Assembly (NCBI GenBank): GCA_047285805.1
Contig: JBJBCN010000002.1
Span: forward strand, 672,001 to 736,000
From: Synechococcus sp.
GTDB taxonomy: Bacteria; Cyanobacteriota; Cyanobacteriia; PCC-6307; Cyanobiaceae
Reading direction: 5' to 3'
Length of the DNA: 64,000 nucleotides
Below are positions 1 through 10,512 of this stretch, piece after piece. A model generated the notes under the pieces. That model was not told the origin of the DNA and ran no database searches. It worked only from the letters and a program-made list of their open reading frames with translations. The first letter of the stretch is position 1; every line of letters begins with the position of its first letter. The translations under genes were made by a program, and so were the position numbers.

Positions 1-512
1 GACTGACCGAGTTGCAGGCCGGAGACGGAGCCGTTCAGACGGAACTCACGGCCCTCCAGATCAATCGGCGCTCCAATCTTCAAGGTCTGATTGCCGAAAA
101 CCACACCACCGGCTCCCTTGCGCCCCTCTCCCTTCAAGACAAAACGGGCATCCAGGTTGCCGAGCTGCTTCTGATTGGGGTCCGGGGCGGTGACGACCTT
201 GCCGTCGGCAAAGACCGCGGCCAGTTGCCGTTCCAGTGGAATCACGTCATCCACCGCGACGGACCCATGGGGTTGATTGCGGATGACGATAGCGACCTTG
301 CCCTGCTCTTTGGCCCCGGCAATCAACGCGGCGGGATCGGCCACCGGCACATTGCGGACGTCCACAAAGACGGTGACAGGCTGAAGGCCGCCGGTCGCCC
401 GAGCGACGGCACCACTAAGTTTGGGACTCCAGGCGACCCCGCCGATCGCCAGCACCACGGCTGCCGCAGCCCCCACGTCCACAAGCGAGAAGCGACGCGA
501 CAACACGGGCAT
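1..512 (-). CDS. DUF4330-like cyanobacterial membrane-anchored protein, 3' end runs off the window
   Basis: Own translation from ATG 512: MPVLSRRFSLVDVGAAAAVVLAIGGVAWSP...VAIVIRNQPHG...VFGNQTLKIGAPIDLEG; open to the window edge, so absent from the ORF track. Confidence 0.75.
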   Translation of the reverse strand, partial: MPVLSRRFSLVDVGAAAAVVLAIGGVAWSPKLSGAVARATGGLQPVTVFVDVRNVPVADPAALIAGAKEQGKVAIVIRNQPHGSVAVDDVIPLERQLAAVFADGKVVTAPDPNQKQLGNLDARFVLKGEGRKGAGGVVFGNQTLKIGAPIDLEGREFRLNGSVSGLQLGQ

Positions 513-574
513 GGGAGACAGGCAGAGTTCGAACTGTACGGAGACTGCGCCGCCGGAACAAGCGCACGATCAGC

Positions 575-1264
575 TCAGTTCTGCAGTCCCTCAATCAGGC
601 GATCAACGGCCTTTAAGCCGCGGGCGACGCCACCGCCTACACCATCCAGGGCATCCGCCATCTGCTCGGCATCCGGCTTCGTCTCAAAGTCCTGAACGAA
701 GCGGTAGCCATCAGGATCGCGGCGATAGAGCTGCCAGTTCTGGGGGAACGCGCGCCTCAGGGCCCCATCACCCGTCGGGATGAGGGCGTAGGCCGTCTGC
801 CAACTGGAGAGAAAACCCTTGCGCCGCTCACGGGCCACGGTGCCGATGCCGACCGCGGCATCTTCCAATTTGCCGTTCAGCAGAACCACACTGCCGCGGT
901 GCAAAGCGCAGACCGCCTCGACATCCTCATAGTCCGCAGGGGTTGGCGCAACCAGTACGAGCAAGCCATCGCTGCCGCCGTCGGCCTGCTGCAGGCGTTT
1001 GATCCCGCTGAGTTCGGTGATGCCACTGGCCTGCTCCGCTGCATCACGCTTCGCCAAGGCGGCGGCGCCCGCATCGGGGAAGACCAGGCGGGCGTCGGCG
1101 TGGGTCGGCGTCAGGGCCGCCAACAGCCGCAAGGCCACCGGCAAGTTGCGCAGGCCTTCGAAGCGGAATTCAGCGGTCCAGAAACCCTTGGCCTGGCTGG
1201 CCAAGGCCGTCGATATCGCGTCCACGGCTTCGGCTTCAGCAAGTCGCAGGTCGGCGGGGAGCAT
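575..1264 (-). CDS. DUF1995 family protein
   Basis: MLPADL...EFRFEGL...DAGAAALAKRD...NGKLEDAAVGIGTVARERRKGF, typical of this cyanobacterial family. Confidence 0.8.
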   Translation of the reverse strand: MLPADLRLAEAEAVDAISTALASQAKGFWTAEFRFEGLRNLPVALRLLAALTPTHADARLVFPDAGAAALAKRDAAEQASGITELSGIKRLQQADGGSDGLLVLVAPTPADYEDVEAVCALHRGSVVLLNGKLEDAAVGIGTVARERRKGFLSSWQTAYALIPTGDGALRRAFPQNWQLYRRDPDGYRFVQDFETKPDAEQMADALDGVGGGVARGLKAVDRLIEGLQN

Positions 1265-1288
1265 CCAGGCGATGTCGTTGGGCTGACC

Positions 1289-2476
1289 TTAAGCAGCCGC
1301 CACCGCCGTAATGGCCCTGCGCAACGCTTCTGGAACGTCCTGAAGAACGGTGTCGGTGTGCCAGTCACCCAGGGAAAGGCGAATTCCACTAGCGGAGTCC
1401 GGCGCAGTGAAACCCATCGCTTCGAGCACTGAACTACCGGCGGAGCGGCGACTGCTGCAGGCCGATCCACTGCTGATGGCATAGCCCGTGCGGGCCAAGG
1501 CCCGAACAACGGCGCGACTAGATAAGGGGCGGCCATCCTGGGTACGGACGATCAAACTGATGTGATTCGCCAGGCGCTGCTCAGAATCGAGTCGAGGATC
1601 GGGCCCTGTGAGCTGAAGTCCCGGTTGTTGAAGCAGGGCCGACAGCAAGCGGTTGCGCAACACCGGCATGTGATCACCGTCGCCCCTGAACCGTTGCGCG
1701 TGTAATCGCTCCAGTGCTGCCGCGAAGCCAGCAATCAACGCAACCGGCTCCGTGCCGGAACGTAAGCCCCGCTCCTGGCCACCACCGGCATGGATGGCCT
1801 GGAGATGAACACCGCCACGGACCAAGAGGGCACCGATGCCACGGGGACCGCTCAGCTTGTGGCTGCCGACACTCATCAGATCGATGGGAAGGGCGTCGAA
1901 AGCAATTGGGCGTTGGGCCGCGACTTGAACGGCATCCACGTGCAGCAGCACGCCGGCAGATCGGCACAGCGCTCCGATCTCCTGAATGGGCTGCAGCGCC
2001 CCCACTTCGCTCTGCCCCCAGATCAAGGAGACCAGCTGGGTTGGCCGTGTCAGGAGCGATCGCAGGGCCCGGATATCGATCAGCCCCCGGCGATCAACGG
2101 GAATGCGCTCCACCTTCCAGCCCAGGCGTTGCAGCTGGTGCGCGGCCGCTTCGCTGGCGGGATGTTCCACGGCAGAGACCAACAGCCGTGGCATGGAGCG
2201 CTGTTGATCAGCGATGTCGGCGGCGCTTCCGAGGAGCGCGAGGTGGATTGACTCGGTGCCACCTGAGGTGAACACCACTTGCCCGCTGCAACCAAACAGG
2301 CCGGCGATCTGCTCACGGCTGCGCTCAAGTTGTTCCGCCGCTGCAAGACCGAAATGGTGGAGGCTAGAGGGGTTGGCCCAGGCTTCTCGCTCGACGCGTT
2401 GGATCTCCGCCTGAACCTCTAGAGCGACAGGTGTGGTAGCCGCGCAATCTAGGTATCGGCGCAGATCCCAACTCAT
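1289..2476 (-). CDS. iscS: Cysteine desulfurase (NifS/IscS class I, PLP-dependent)
   Basis: YLDCAATTP, NPSSLH, FTSGGTES, HVDAVQ, SHKLSGPRG, SSGSACS motifs. Confidence 0.9.
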   Translation of the reverse strand: MSWDLRRYLDCAATTPVALEVQAEIQRVEREAWANPSSLHHFGLAAAEQLERSREQIAGLFGCSGQVVFTSGGTESIHLALLGSAADIADQQRSMPRLLVSAVEHPASEAAAHQLQRLGWKVERIPVDRRGLIDIRALRSLLTRPTQLVSLIWGQSEVGALQPIQEIGALCRSAGVLLHVDAVQVAAQRPIAFDALPIDLMSVGSHKLSGPRGIGALLVRGGVHLQAIHAGGGQERGLRSGTEPVALIAGFAAALERLHAQRFRGDGDHMPVLRNRLLSALLQQPGLQLTGPDPRLDSEQRLANHISLIVRTQDGRPLSSRAVVRALARTGYAISSGSACSSRRSAGSSVLEAMGFTAPDSASGIRLSLGDWHTDTVLQDVPEALRRAITAVAAA

Positions 2477-3588
2477 GTACCGCGTTCGAAACGCGCCCGT
2501 GTGCGCGACTCCAACGAATTGGTCGCGATAGTCACCAGATCATCCAGGGACGTGCTGTCAAGCAGCGCAGCCACCTTGGCCCGGGCCGCTTCACTTGGGC
2601 AATTCTCAGGGCGGATGCAACCGTTTGCGCAGACCTTGGCGCAGTCGATGCTGTCGTCATTGGCCGGCGAGGCCTGCGGTTGCCCCTGCACCGAAGGTTC
2701 GGCTGCGGCTTGCTGACGAGCGGAGGCGACCGCATCAGGGGACGGAATCGAACCGTCGAACACATGCTCCGCGGGACCATCCATAAAAACCTTGCCGTTG
2801 AAGGCATCCCAGTGGATCTGCAGCGGTCCGCCGGGCAAGTCCAAACGGGCCGTCCGCTCCGCGAGGCCAAGACGATGACACGCCACCAAGGTCGCGCAGG
2901 CCCCGGTTCCACAGGAGAGGGTCGGACCGGCTCCCCGTTCCCAGACCCGCATCACCAGGTGAGAGGGCGAGAAAACCTCAACAAAATGAACATTAGTCTT
3001 GGCCGGGAAAGCCGGATGCACCTCCAGCTGGCTACCGATGCGGTCGAGGTCGATCGCTTCAACGGAATCCACCGGGACTACGACATGGGGGTTGCCCATG
3101 CCAGCAGCGGCCACAGAAAAGCGTTCACCGTCAATCTCAAGCTCACCGACTGGAAGACCCGCATCTCCAACCTCAAGGGTTGTGGGGATCTCGCTCGGCT
3201 CCAAGAACGGAGCCCCCATGTCCACGCGGATCGTCCCATCGGGCAGCAGCTCAGGAACGATGCGGCCAGCCAGGGTGTCCACCTGCCAGGTCCGGCCAGG
3301 GCCATCGCCATCACAATCCGCCAGAAAGCGCGCCAGACAGCGGATGCCATTGCCGCACATCTCGGGTTCGGTGCCATCGGCGTTGAAGATGCGCATCCGC
3401 AGCTCACCACCGGCGTTCGGCGGCAACGCCAAGATCACTCCATCGCCACCGACACCAAAGCGACGGTCGCAGAGCTGAACGACCAGCTCCGGGGTCAAGC
3501 CAAAAAGAAAGTCGGTCTCGCCTGATTGACGCCCGTCGAGCATCAAAAAGTCGTTACCAAGCCCTTGGTATTTGCTGAATTGGAACAC
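2473..3588 (-). CDS. dapF: Diaminopimelate epimerase with Cys-rich C-terminal extension
   Basis: KYQGLGNDF, EMCGNGIRC, MGNPH, ERGAGPTLSCGTGA; about 90 extra C-terminal residues. Confidence 0.95.
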   Translation of the reverse strand: MFQFSKYQGLGNDFLMLDGRQSGETDFLFGLTPELVVQLCDRRFGVGGDGVILALPPNAGGELRMRIFNADGTEPEMCGNGIRCLARFLADCDGDGPGRTWQVDTLAGRIVPELLPDGTIRVDMGAPFLEPSEIPTTLEVGDAGLPVGELEIDGERFSVAAAGMGNPHVVVPVDSVEAIDLDRIGSQLEVHPAFPAKTNVHFVEVFSPSHLVMRVWERGAGPTLSCGTGACATLVACHRLGLAERTARLDLPGGPLQIHWDAFNGKVFMDGPAEHVFDGSIPSPDAVASARQQAAAEPSVQGQPQASPANDDSIDCAKVCANGCIRPENCPSEAARAKVAALLDSTSLDDLVTIATNSLESRTRARFERGT

Positions 3589-3632
3589 GCGCTACAACCT
3601 GTTGATGCAGGCACACCAGTGTTTTCGATCCT

Positions 3633-3871
3633 ATGGGGAGCAGTCGAAACGTGCGGCCAGGGAATCTCGACACCTCCCAGCCAGGTGTGCTCCAAATCCA
3701 GGCTTGGATTCGAGCAGAACTCCCCCTGTCGCTTCAACTCAGCAATGGCAGCAGCTTGAGCGGCCGTCCGCTGTGGATCGACCCTTGTTTTTGGCCTTGG
3801 AACCAGAACCCGGCGCCGCTCCTCTGTTGATCAACCGCGACGCGATCGTTCTGCTGCGTTCCTTGGCTTAA
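3633..3871 (+). pseudogene. hfq: Cyanobacterial Hfq homolog with a 1-bp frameshift (real or sequencing error)
   Basis: One frame gives LDTSQPGVLQIQAWIR...LSGRPLWIDP; it continues in another frame as LFLALEPEPGAAPLLINRDAIVLLRSLA*. Lies between dapF and leuS. Confidence 0.8.
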
Positions 3872-3913
3872 CAGCAGCTATGGGAGCATCACTGCTCAAC
3901 TCCCGATCCGCCC

Positions 3914-6562
3914 GTGAGCGAGACCAGCCGCTACCAACCCCAGGCCACGGAGGCCGGCTGGCAACGGGCCTGGAAGGCAAACGGCCTGCACAGCACCCCG
4001 GAGGTCAAGGCAGGCGATGACGCCTTCTATGCCCTCTCGATGTTCCCCTACCCCTCGGGGAACCTGCACATGGGGCACGTGCGGAACTACGTGATCACGG
4101 ACGTCGTCGCCCGGGTTCAACGGCTACGCGGCAAAAAGGTGCTCCATCCGATGGGCTGGGACGCCTTTGGTTTGCCCGCGGAGAACGCGGCGATCGAACG
4201 GGGTGTCGAACCAGGTGCCTGGACGGATCAGAACATCGCGTCCATGCGCGATCAGCTTGATCAACTCGGGCTCTCGATCGACTGGGAGCGCGAGCTGGCG
4301 ACCTGCCACGGTGACTACTACCGCTGGACCCAGTGGCTGTTCCTTCAATTCCTCGAGGCCGGCTTGGCCTATCAGAAGGACGCGACCGTCAATTGGGATC
4401 CCATTGATCAGACTGTGCTCGCCAACGAGCAGGTGGACAGCGAAGGCCGCTCCTGGCGTTCCGGCGCGTTGGTGGAGAAGCGCAAGCTGCGTCAATGGTT
4501 CCTGAAGATCACCGACTACGCCCAAAAGTTGTTGGATGACCTCCCGAAATTGGAGGGTTGGCCTGAGCGGGTCCGGACGATGCAGGCCAACTGGATCGGG
4601 CGCAGCACCGGTGCTGAGCTCCAGTTCACGGTGGTCGATGAGAACGGTCAGGACAGCGATGAACGGGTCACCGTCTTCACCACCCGACCGGACACCTTGT
4701 TTGGTGCTAGCTATGTCGTTCTGGCTCCGGAGCACCCCTTGGTGCCGGTCCTAACCACCGCAGCACACCAGACGGAGGTGGAAGCCTTCTGCGACTTGGT
4801 CTCCCGCCAGAGCGAGGTAGAGCGCACCGCAGAAGACAAACCAAAGCGCGGCGTACCGATTGGTTCCCAGGTGCGTAACCCCGCCAACGGCGAACTGCTC
4901 CCGATCTGGATTGCTGACTACGTGCTGGCGGAGTACGGCACCGGGGCAGTGATGGGTGTGCCTGCCCATGACCAGCGGGACTTCCTCTTCGCTCGGCAGT
5001 ACGAACTCTCTGTCAAGCAGGTGATCATTCCTAAGGGCAGTGATGAACACGCCTTCGAGGGAGGTGTCTGGACCGAGTCCGGAGTGTTGATCCACTCTGG
5101 CGGATTCGATGGCTTAACCAATGAGGCCGCGAAATCCGCAATCACGAAGGCCGGCGAGACGGACGGTTGGGCGCGGGAGAAGGTGCAGTTCCGCCTCAGG
5201 GACTGGTTGATCTCCAGGCAGCGCTACTGGGGTTGTCCGATCCCGGTGATCCACTGCGAGAGCTGCGGCGTCGTTCCGGTTCCCAGCGATCAGCTGCCCG
5301 TCGAACTACCGCATGACATCACCTTCAGCGGCAAAGGTGGCTCACCGCTGGCCCAGCTCGACCATTGGGTCAACGTCGATTGCCCCTGCTGCGGCAAACC
5401 GGCCCGCCGGGAGACCGACACCATGGACACCTTCATGTGCTCCAGCTGGTATTTCCTGCGCTACAGCGACGCCAAGAACAGTCAGCTGCCCTTTTCCAAG
5501 GAGGCGGTTGATCAATGGCTGCCGGTCGACCAATACGTCGGCGGTATCGAGCACGCCATCCTTCACCTGCTCTACTCGCGCTTCTTCACCAAATTCCTGA
5601 GGGATCGAGGTCTTCTCGGATTCGACGAGCCATTCCAACGGCTCCTGACCCAAGGCATGGTCCAGGGCATCACCTACAAGAACCCAAAGACCGGCAAATA
5701 CATCCCACCGTCTGAATTGGCCGACGCCACCGATCCCCGGGACCCCCTCACCGGTGATCCCCTGGACACCTTCTTAGAGAAGATGTCGAAGTCCAAGTAC
5801 AACGGCGTCGATCCCGCCGTCGTCATCGACAAGTACGGCGCGGACACTGCGCGGATGTTCATCCTCTTCAAGGCTCCGCCCGAAAAGGATCTGGAATGGG
5901 ATGACGCGGATGTGGAAGGCCAGTTCCGTTTCCTCCAAAGAATCTGGCGCCTGGCCGATGCCGCCCTCGAGCGGGGTCTGAGCCTTGCTGCAGAGGCGGG
6001 CTCCACGGCGGCCGTCGCCAAGGCTCTCGGATCGGGTGGAGCGCTCTCTCCGGCCGACCAGGAGCTACGGCGCGCCGTCCACACCGCCATTCACGAGCTG
6101 ACCGAGGACCTTGATGGAGACGTTCAGTTCAACACGGCGGTCTCCGAGCTGATGAAGCTCAGCAATGCCATGGGCACACACCTGACGGGCAGTGCCGACG
6201 TCTTCGCATGTGAGGCACTGCGCACACTCTTGATATTGCTGGCTCCTTTTGCACCTCACATGGCCGAGGAGCTCTGGCTGAAGCTGGGAGGCCGCAGCGA
6301 GGACGACAGCCTTGCTGAGACAAGCATTCACACCCAGTCCTGGCCACAGTGCGACGTCTCTGCGTTGGTCAGAGAAACTGTTCCCCTGGTGATCCAAATC
6401 AAGGGGAAGGTGCGCGGAAACCTCGAGGTTCCCGCGGATGCTGACAAGGCCACCCTGGAGAAGCTCGCCCTTGAGAGTCAGATCGCTGCGAAATGGCTGG
6501 AAGGAAAAGCCCCCAGCCGAGTAATTGTCGTTCCAGGAAAGCTGGTGAACCTGGTGCCCTAA
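3914..6562 (+). CDS. leuS: Leucine--tRNA ligase
   Basis: [13 protein letters not shown] (HIGH-like) and KMSKS motifs, 882 aa. Confidence 0.98.
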   Translation: MSETSRYQPQATEAGWQRAWKANGLHSTPEVKAGDDAFYALSMFPYPSGNLHMGHVRNYVITDVVARVQRLRGKKVLHPMGWDAFGLPAENAAIERGVEPGAWTDQNIASMRDQLDQLGLSIDWERELATCHGDYYRWTQWLFLQFLEAGLAYQKDATVNWDPIDQTVLANEQVDSEGRSWRSGALVEKRKLRQWFLKITDYAQKLLDDLPKLEGWPERVRTMQANWIGRSTGAELQFTVVDENGQDSDERVTVFTTRPDTLFGASYVVLAPEHPLVPVLTTAAHQTEVEAFCDLVSRQSEVERTAEDKPKRGVPIGSQVRNPANGELLPIWIADYVLAEYGTGAVMGVPAHDQRDFLFARQYELSVKQVIIPKGSDEHAFEGGVWTESGVLIHSGGFDGLTNEAAKSAITKAGETDGWAREKVQFRLRDWLISRQRYWGCPIPVIHCESCGVVPVPSDQLPVELPHDITFSGKGGSPLAQLDHWVNVDCPCCGKPARRETDTMDTFMCSSWYFLRYSDAKNSQLPFSKEAVDQWLPVDQYVGGIEHAILHLLYSRFFTKFLRDRGLLGFDEPFQRLLTQGMVQGITYKNPKTGKYIPPSELADATDPRDPLTGDPLDTFLEKMSKSKYNGVDPAVVIDKYGADTARMFILFKAPPEKDLEWDDADVEGQFRFLQRIWRLADAALERGLSLAAEAGSTAAVAKALGSGGALSPADQELRRAVHTAIHELTEDLDGDVQFNTAVSELMKLSNAMGTHLTGSADVFACEALRTLLILLAPFAPHMAEELWLKLGGRSEDDSLAETSIHTQSWPQCDVSALVRETVPLVIQIKGKVRGNLEVPADADKATLEKLALESQIAAKWLEGKAPSRVIVVPGKLVNLVP

Positions 6563-6571
6563 GGGCCATGC

Positions 6572-8173
6572 TTAGTCGTGTATGAATACCAGTGACTCGG
6601 GGTTGCCCCAGTCCCCTTGGGCTGAAATATGGCGGCGGTTGGCACAGAGGTGGCGCAGGATCCAATAGAGGGGCTCTGCCGTCTTGAGATCCAACTTGGT
6701 CTGCAGCTCAACCAAGGTGTGTTCGCGTTGGTCAGCGATGACCATCTCCAGCCTGGACTGGAGATCAAGCAGAGCCGCGGCAGCCTTCTTGCCAGCCTCA
6801 ACTCCGGGTTGGTGGTAGGCGTTCACATTGACGAGTTCGCCATAGAAACCAACCGCCCGTTCAAACAGTGCGATCAACGCCCCGAGGCTGTGGGCATTGA
6901 GGCGCTGCATGGTGATACTGAGGTTGAAGCGCCCCTCCTCAGTCAGAGCGGAGCGGGTGCCCTGAAGGAATCCATCCAGGAAGTCCCCAGGGTTCTCCCC
7001 CTCCAGTGGCGGGATATCGCCGGGATCCTCTAGGACCTCCACAAAGGTCACGAAGAAATTGTCAACGCCATCACGCAACTGCTGGACGTAGGCATGTTGA
7101 TCGGTTGAACCCTTGTTGCCGTAGACAGCGATGCCTTGGTTGACGACGTGGCCATTGCGGTCGAGCTTCTTGCCAAGGCTCTCCATGACCAGCTGCTGGA
7201 GGTAGCGACTGAACACCTCCAGCCGGTCGCGGTAGGGCAAGACGACCATGTCGCGCTGCCCCTTGCCCCCACATGCGGAGTACCAGGCTGCAGCGAGGAG
7301 AGCGGCAGGATTGGAGGCGAAATCGGCGACGCGAGTGACCGCATCCATCTGGGCGGCACCGGCCAGGAACGCCCGGATGTCTGAACCGATCAGCACCCCT
7401 GGCAGCAAACCCACGGCACTCGTGATGCTCGTGCGACCACCGACCCAATCGAACATGTCGAAGCGGGCCAACCAGCCGGCATCTTTGGCTTCGCGATCGA
7501 GCTTGCTGTCGACCATCGTCACGGCAACGACCTGCTGAGACCAGCTGCCGCCTGCTGCTTCAACGGCCCGACGAGCCTGAAGCATGCCGATGTGAGGTTC
7601 AGGGGTGCCGCCGGATTTGCTGACGACAATCACCAGGGTGGTCTTGAGGCGTGAGCCGATGGACGCGAGGGTGCGTCGCATTCCATCGGGATCAACATTG
7701 TCGAAGAAGTGGAACGGAAGGCCAGCGCCAGGGTCCTGAAGGGCCCGGATCATTAGCAGGGGCCCGAGTCCCGAGCCACCGATGCCAATCCAAAGGACGT
7801 CGGTAAAGGCCTCGCCGGAGGCGTTCCCAATGGAACCGGCCAAGACGTCACGACCAAAGGATTCGATCCGATCCACCTCGGACTGAATGTGGGCACCGCT
7901 GGTGGGGTCAGGAGCGAGCTGGGGTGAGCGGAGCCAGTAATGACCGACCTGCCGCTGCTCATCAGCGTTGGCAATCGAACCGGACTCCAAGGCTGCCATC
8001 GCCTGGAACGCTTCGTCGAAGCGGGGTTTCAAGGACGCAAACGTGGGCTCATCAAGGCCCATGCGACTGACGTCCAGCCAGAAGCCCAGCTCAGGGTTGT
8101 GCCAGATCTGACTACAAAACCTCTGCCACTGGCTTGCGGGATCCAGAGCGGGGGCAGAGGGGTGAGAAGACAT
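6572..8173 (-). CDS. pgi: Glucose-6-phosphate isomerase
   Basis: IGIGGSGLGP, SKSGGT, DWVGGRTS, QQLVMESLGK, YHQPGVEAGK. Confidence 0.97.
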   Translation of the reverse strand: MSSHPSAPALDPASQWQRFCSQIWHNPELGFWLDVSRMGLDEPTFASLKPRFDEAFQAMAALESGSIANADEQRQVGHYWLRSPQLAPDPTSGAHIQSEVDRIESFGRDVLAGSIGNASGEAFTDVLWIGIGGSGLGPLLMIRALQDPGAGLPFHFFDNVDPDGMRRTLASIGSRLKTTLVIVVSKSGGTPEPHIGMLQARRAVEAAGGSWSQQVVAVTMVDSKLDREAKDAGWLARFDMFDWVGGRTSITSAVGLLPGVLIGSDIRAFLAGAAQMDAVTRVADFASNPAALLAAAWYSACGGKGQRDMVVLPYRDRLEVFSRYLQQLVMESLGKKLDRNGHVVNQGIAVYGNKGSTDQHAYVQQLRDGVDNFFVTFVEVLEDPGDIPPLEGENPGDFLDGFLQGTRSALTEEGRFNLSITMQRLNAHSLGALIALFERAVGFYGELVNVNAYHQPGVEAGKKAAAALLDLQSRLEMVIADQREHTLVELQTKLDLKTAEPLYWILRHLCANRRHISAQGDWGNPESLVFIHD

Positions 8174-8451
8174 CAGGCCGAAATGGGGCGCACCTCCTGT
8201 CGAACCTATCCGTGAAATCCAATCAGGGATACCTTTTTAGGCCTTTTCGATGAATTGCCACGAGTCCAGGTCGCGACTGTATGGACACACACATCGACCC
8301 GGTCGGCAGGGTTTCAAGACAAACACGAGGGACTAGCGTTTAGAGAGGTGCCGAATAGCTTCTGGGTCCCCTCAAGCGCCACGGCCAGCAACTTCCACGG
8401 CACCGTTATCGACGCAACCATTGGGCGTGGTTTGGTGCGGCATCGACAGCG

Positions 8452-9189
8452 TTGGCAAGCTTGGCCACCTACCCGATCCTTCAGGACCTCTTTACGTCGG
8501 GCCCGAGCGTGGCCGTCAATTTCGTCGTCGACAGCCGCAGCCAGTCAGATCCCACAAGTTTCAGTCCTGAAGAACTGCAGGAACTTCAGCGCCGTTTTGG
8601 CGTACACGGCCCCCAGCCACCCCTGGCGCGCCTGTTCACGAATGGGGTCGATCAATTCACGCCCCTGCGGAACCACACGGTGATGCGGCTGCAATCACTT
8701 CAACCGGTCATTCGACAACAGAGCCGACGCACGGGCCTGAACCCGATGCTGCTAGCGGCCATCTTGTTTGACGAGATACAGCACGCCAAACCCGGTGAGG
8801 AACACCCTTTGGCTGCCCATTCAGGTCTGTTCAGCACCCATGGACCTGCGCAGTTGGGCCTGAGTGAGATGGAAAAGCAGGGCCTTCTGCGGCCGAATGC
8901 AAGTGCCGACGAAGTGCAGGATGCCCGCAATCAGCTTCTGGATCCCGAGCGCAACGTTGAACTCCTCGCAGGAAAGATAATGCGGCTCCTCAAGCTCCTT
9001 GAGCGTGACGTCAGTGAGACCAAAAACGTCAGCCGCTCCCATCTGCACGCGAAAACCGTGGCGACGCTGGCCTATTTGCACAACGGAAAATTGGACTATC
9101 CCGCCCGGATCCTGCGTTACATGCAGGATCCCGAGCTGCATGGCCTGGTCTACGGCCGCCAGCGCAAATCGGTCTCGCCGCTGATCTAA
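8452..9189 (+). CDS. Conserved hypothetical protein with a lysozyme/lytic-transglycosylase-like motif order (start uncertain)
   Basis: NPMLLAAILFDE...GPAQLG...LLDPERNV...LAYLHNG. Confidence 0.6.
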   Translation: MASLATYPILQDLFTSGPSVAVNFVVDSRSQSDPTSFSPEELQELQRRFGVHGPQPPLARLFTNGVDQFTPLRNHTVMRLQSLQPVIRQQSRRTGLNPMLLAAILFDEIQHAKPGEEHPLAAHSGLFSTHGPAQLGLSEMEKQGLLRPNASADEVQDARNQLLDPERNVELLAGKIMRLLKLLERDVSETKNVSRSHLHAKTVATLAYLHNGKLDYPARILRYMQDPELHGLVYGRQRKSVSPLI

Positions 9190-9616
9190 ACGAGAGACCT
9201 AATCGTCAACACGAACTTTCCAGCCAGCGATGGAGGTGGGGAAGGCACTTTGGCCTTGGTCATTGTGAACGTAAAGCAAGTGCCATCTCTCGCGACAAAA
9301 CTCGACATCTCAAAGCCATTTGGGTAGGTCGTAATGGCAATAGAATCTCTGCTGGTCACATAACGCCCACTTTCGGCTCCCCTTGTCCCATCGGAGCCAC
9401 GGCGCAAGACCTCGAAGCCCCCATTGCCGTCGTACCACTCACGACCGCTCTAGGAATAGGGGCGATTATTCCAGATAACAGTCTTGCTGTATTAATAGCT
9501 ACCGCTCAGCGACTTGAGGCTACACCGGCTGGTTTCAGCTTCAGCCGTCGGGCTGGAGGCCATCGTCCAACTGTTTCCAAGGCCGAGAGCCCAAGGAGAG
9601 CACAGCGGACTGTCAT
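9186..9616 (-). pseudogene. Degraded secreted hypothetical protein
   Basis: Frame from 9563 reads MASSPTAEAETSRCSLKSLSGSY*YSK...PYS*SGREWYDGNG... with stops at 9492-9494 and 9450-9452; signal-peptide-like MTVRCALLGLSAL at 9616 is out of frame. Confidence 0.55.
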
Positions 9617-9667
9617 TGGCTTCTGATTAGTGGGTGAAGGTCTATCCAGGCTTCGAGCTGGATCCGC

Positions 9668-10510
9668 TTAACAGAGCACTCCAAGGGCCGCCAGTCGGTG
9701 CTGCAGGGCCTGCCAGTTAAAGCTGCGAGGATCCGCACGCTCCGCTCCAAGATCAACATGCCGATGGGTGGTGATCCGCTCTTTAGGAATGTGATAACGC
9801 TTCATCCAATCCACCAGAACAACTGCAAGGGAGTCGTACTGCGCTGAGCTGTAGCCACTGTGGCCTAGTGAATTGTTCTCCCCATCCAGTGGAGTTTCCA
9901 GGCTCAGATGCAACGCGAAGTTGTTGATAGACCCAGGTAACTCGGGGTTCAAAACAGCCCACTCACCGTCAAATGCTGAATACCCAGCTCCGTAGGCACG
10001 GAAGCGCGGGTGCAGCGCTTCAACGGCCTCACCGTTCTCTGCAATCAACAGGTGATAACTGACTTGGTCCTCATCCCTGGGGTTGTGCTTAATGAAGGTA
10101 TTCAGTGCGGACTGCAGACCGAAGACCGTCTCGTGCAGCACAACGAGCGTTGGAGTCGTGGTGAGTGGATTGCCAAAAGCGTCATGGGCAGCCCGTTGGG
10201 AGTAATTGGAGGGATCGATCTGGACACGCTTCAGGCTCGTCGTGTAGGCCTCTTGCTGTTCATTGAGTCGCGCTACCAACGCCCGATCATTGACCGCACA
10301 TTGCTTTGAGAGTGGACTGCTCCAAGTGGCTTGGGCAGGCGGCAAGGGTGCAGGCTGGGCGTTCGGCAGCGGATCGGGCAAGAAAGATGAACGCTGGCTT
10401 TCCCGTTGCCAAAGCGGAACCAACGCCGTGGCCGCCACCACAACCAAAACCAAGCCCAGGGCGCGTCGAGAGGGATGCCGAAGGTGCTGTTCCGGGACGA
10501 GACGGACCAT
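9668..10510 (-). CDS. N-acetylmuramoyl-L-alanine amidase (Amidase_2/AmpD-like)
   Basis: LVVLHET, VSYHLLI, RAYGAG, ITTHRHVD...DP; N-terminal TM segment. Confidence 0.85.
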   Translation of the reverse strand: MVRLVPEQHLRHPSRRALGLVLVVVAATALVPLWQRESQRSSFLPDPLPNAQPAPLPPAQATWSSPLSKQCAVNDRALVARLNEQQEAYTTSLKRVQIDPSNYSQRAAHDAFGNPLTTTPTLVVLHETVFGLQSALNTFIKHNPRDEDQVSYHLLIAENGEAVEALHPRFRAYGAGYSAFDGEWAVLNPELPGSINNFALHLSLETPLDGENNSLGHSGYSSAQYDSLAVVLVDWMKRYHIPKERITTHRHVDLGAERADPRSFNWQALQHRLAALGVLC

Positions 10511-10512
10511 GG

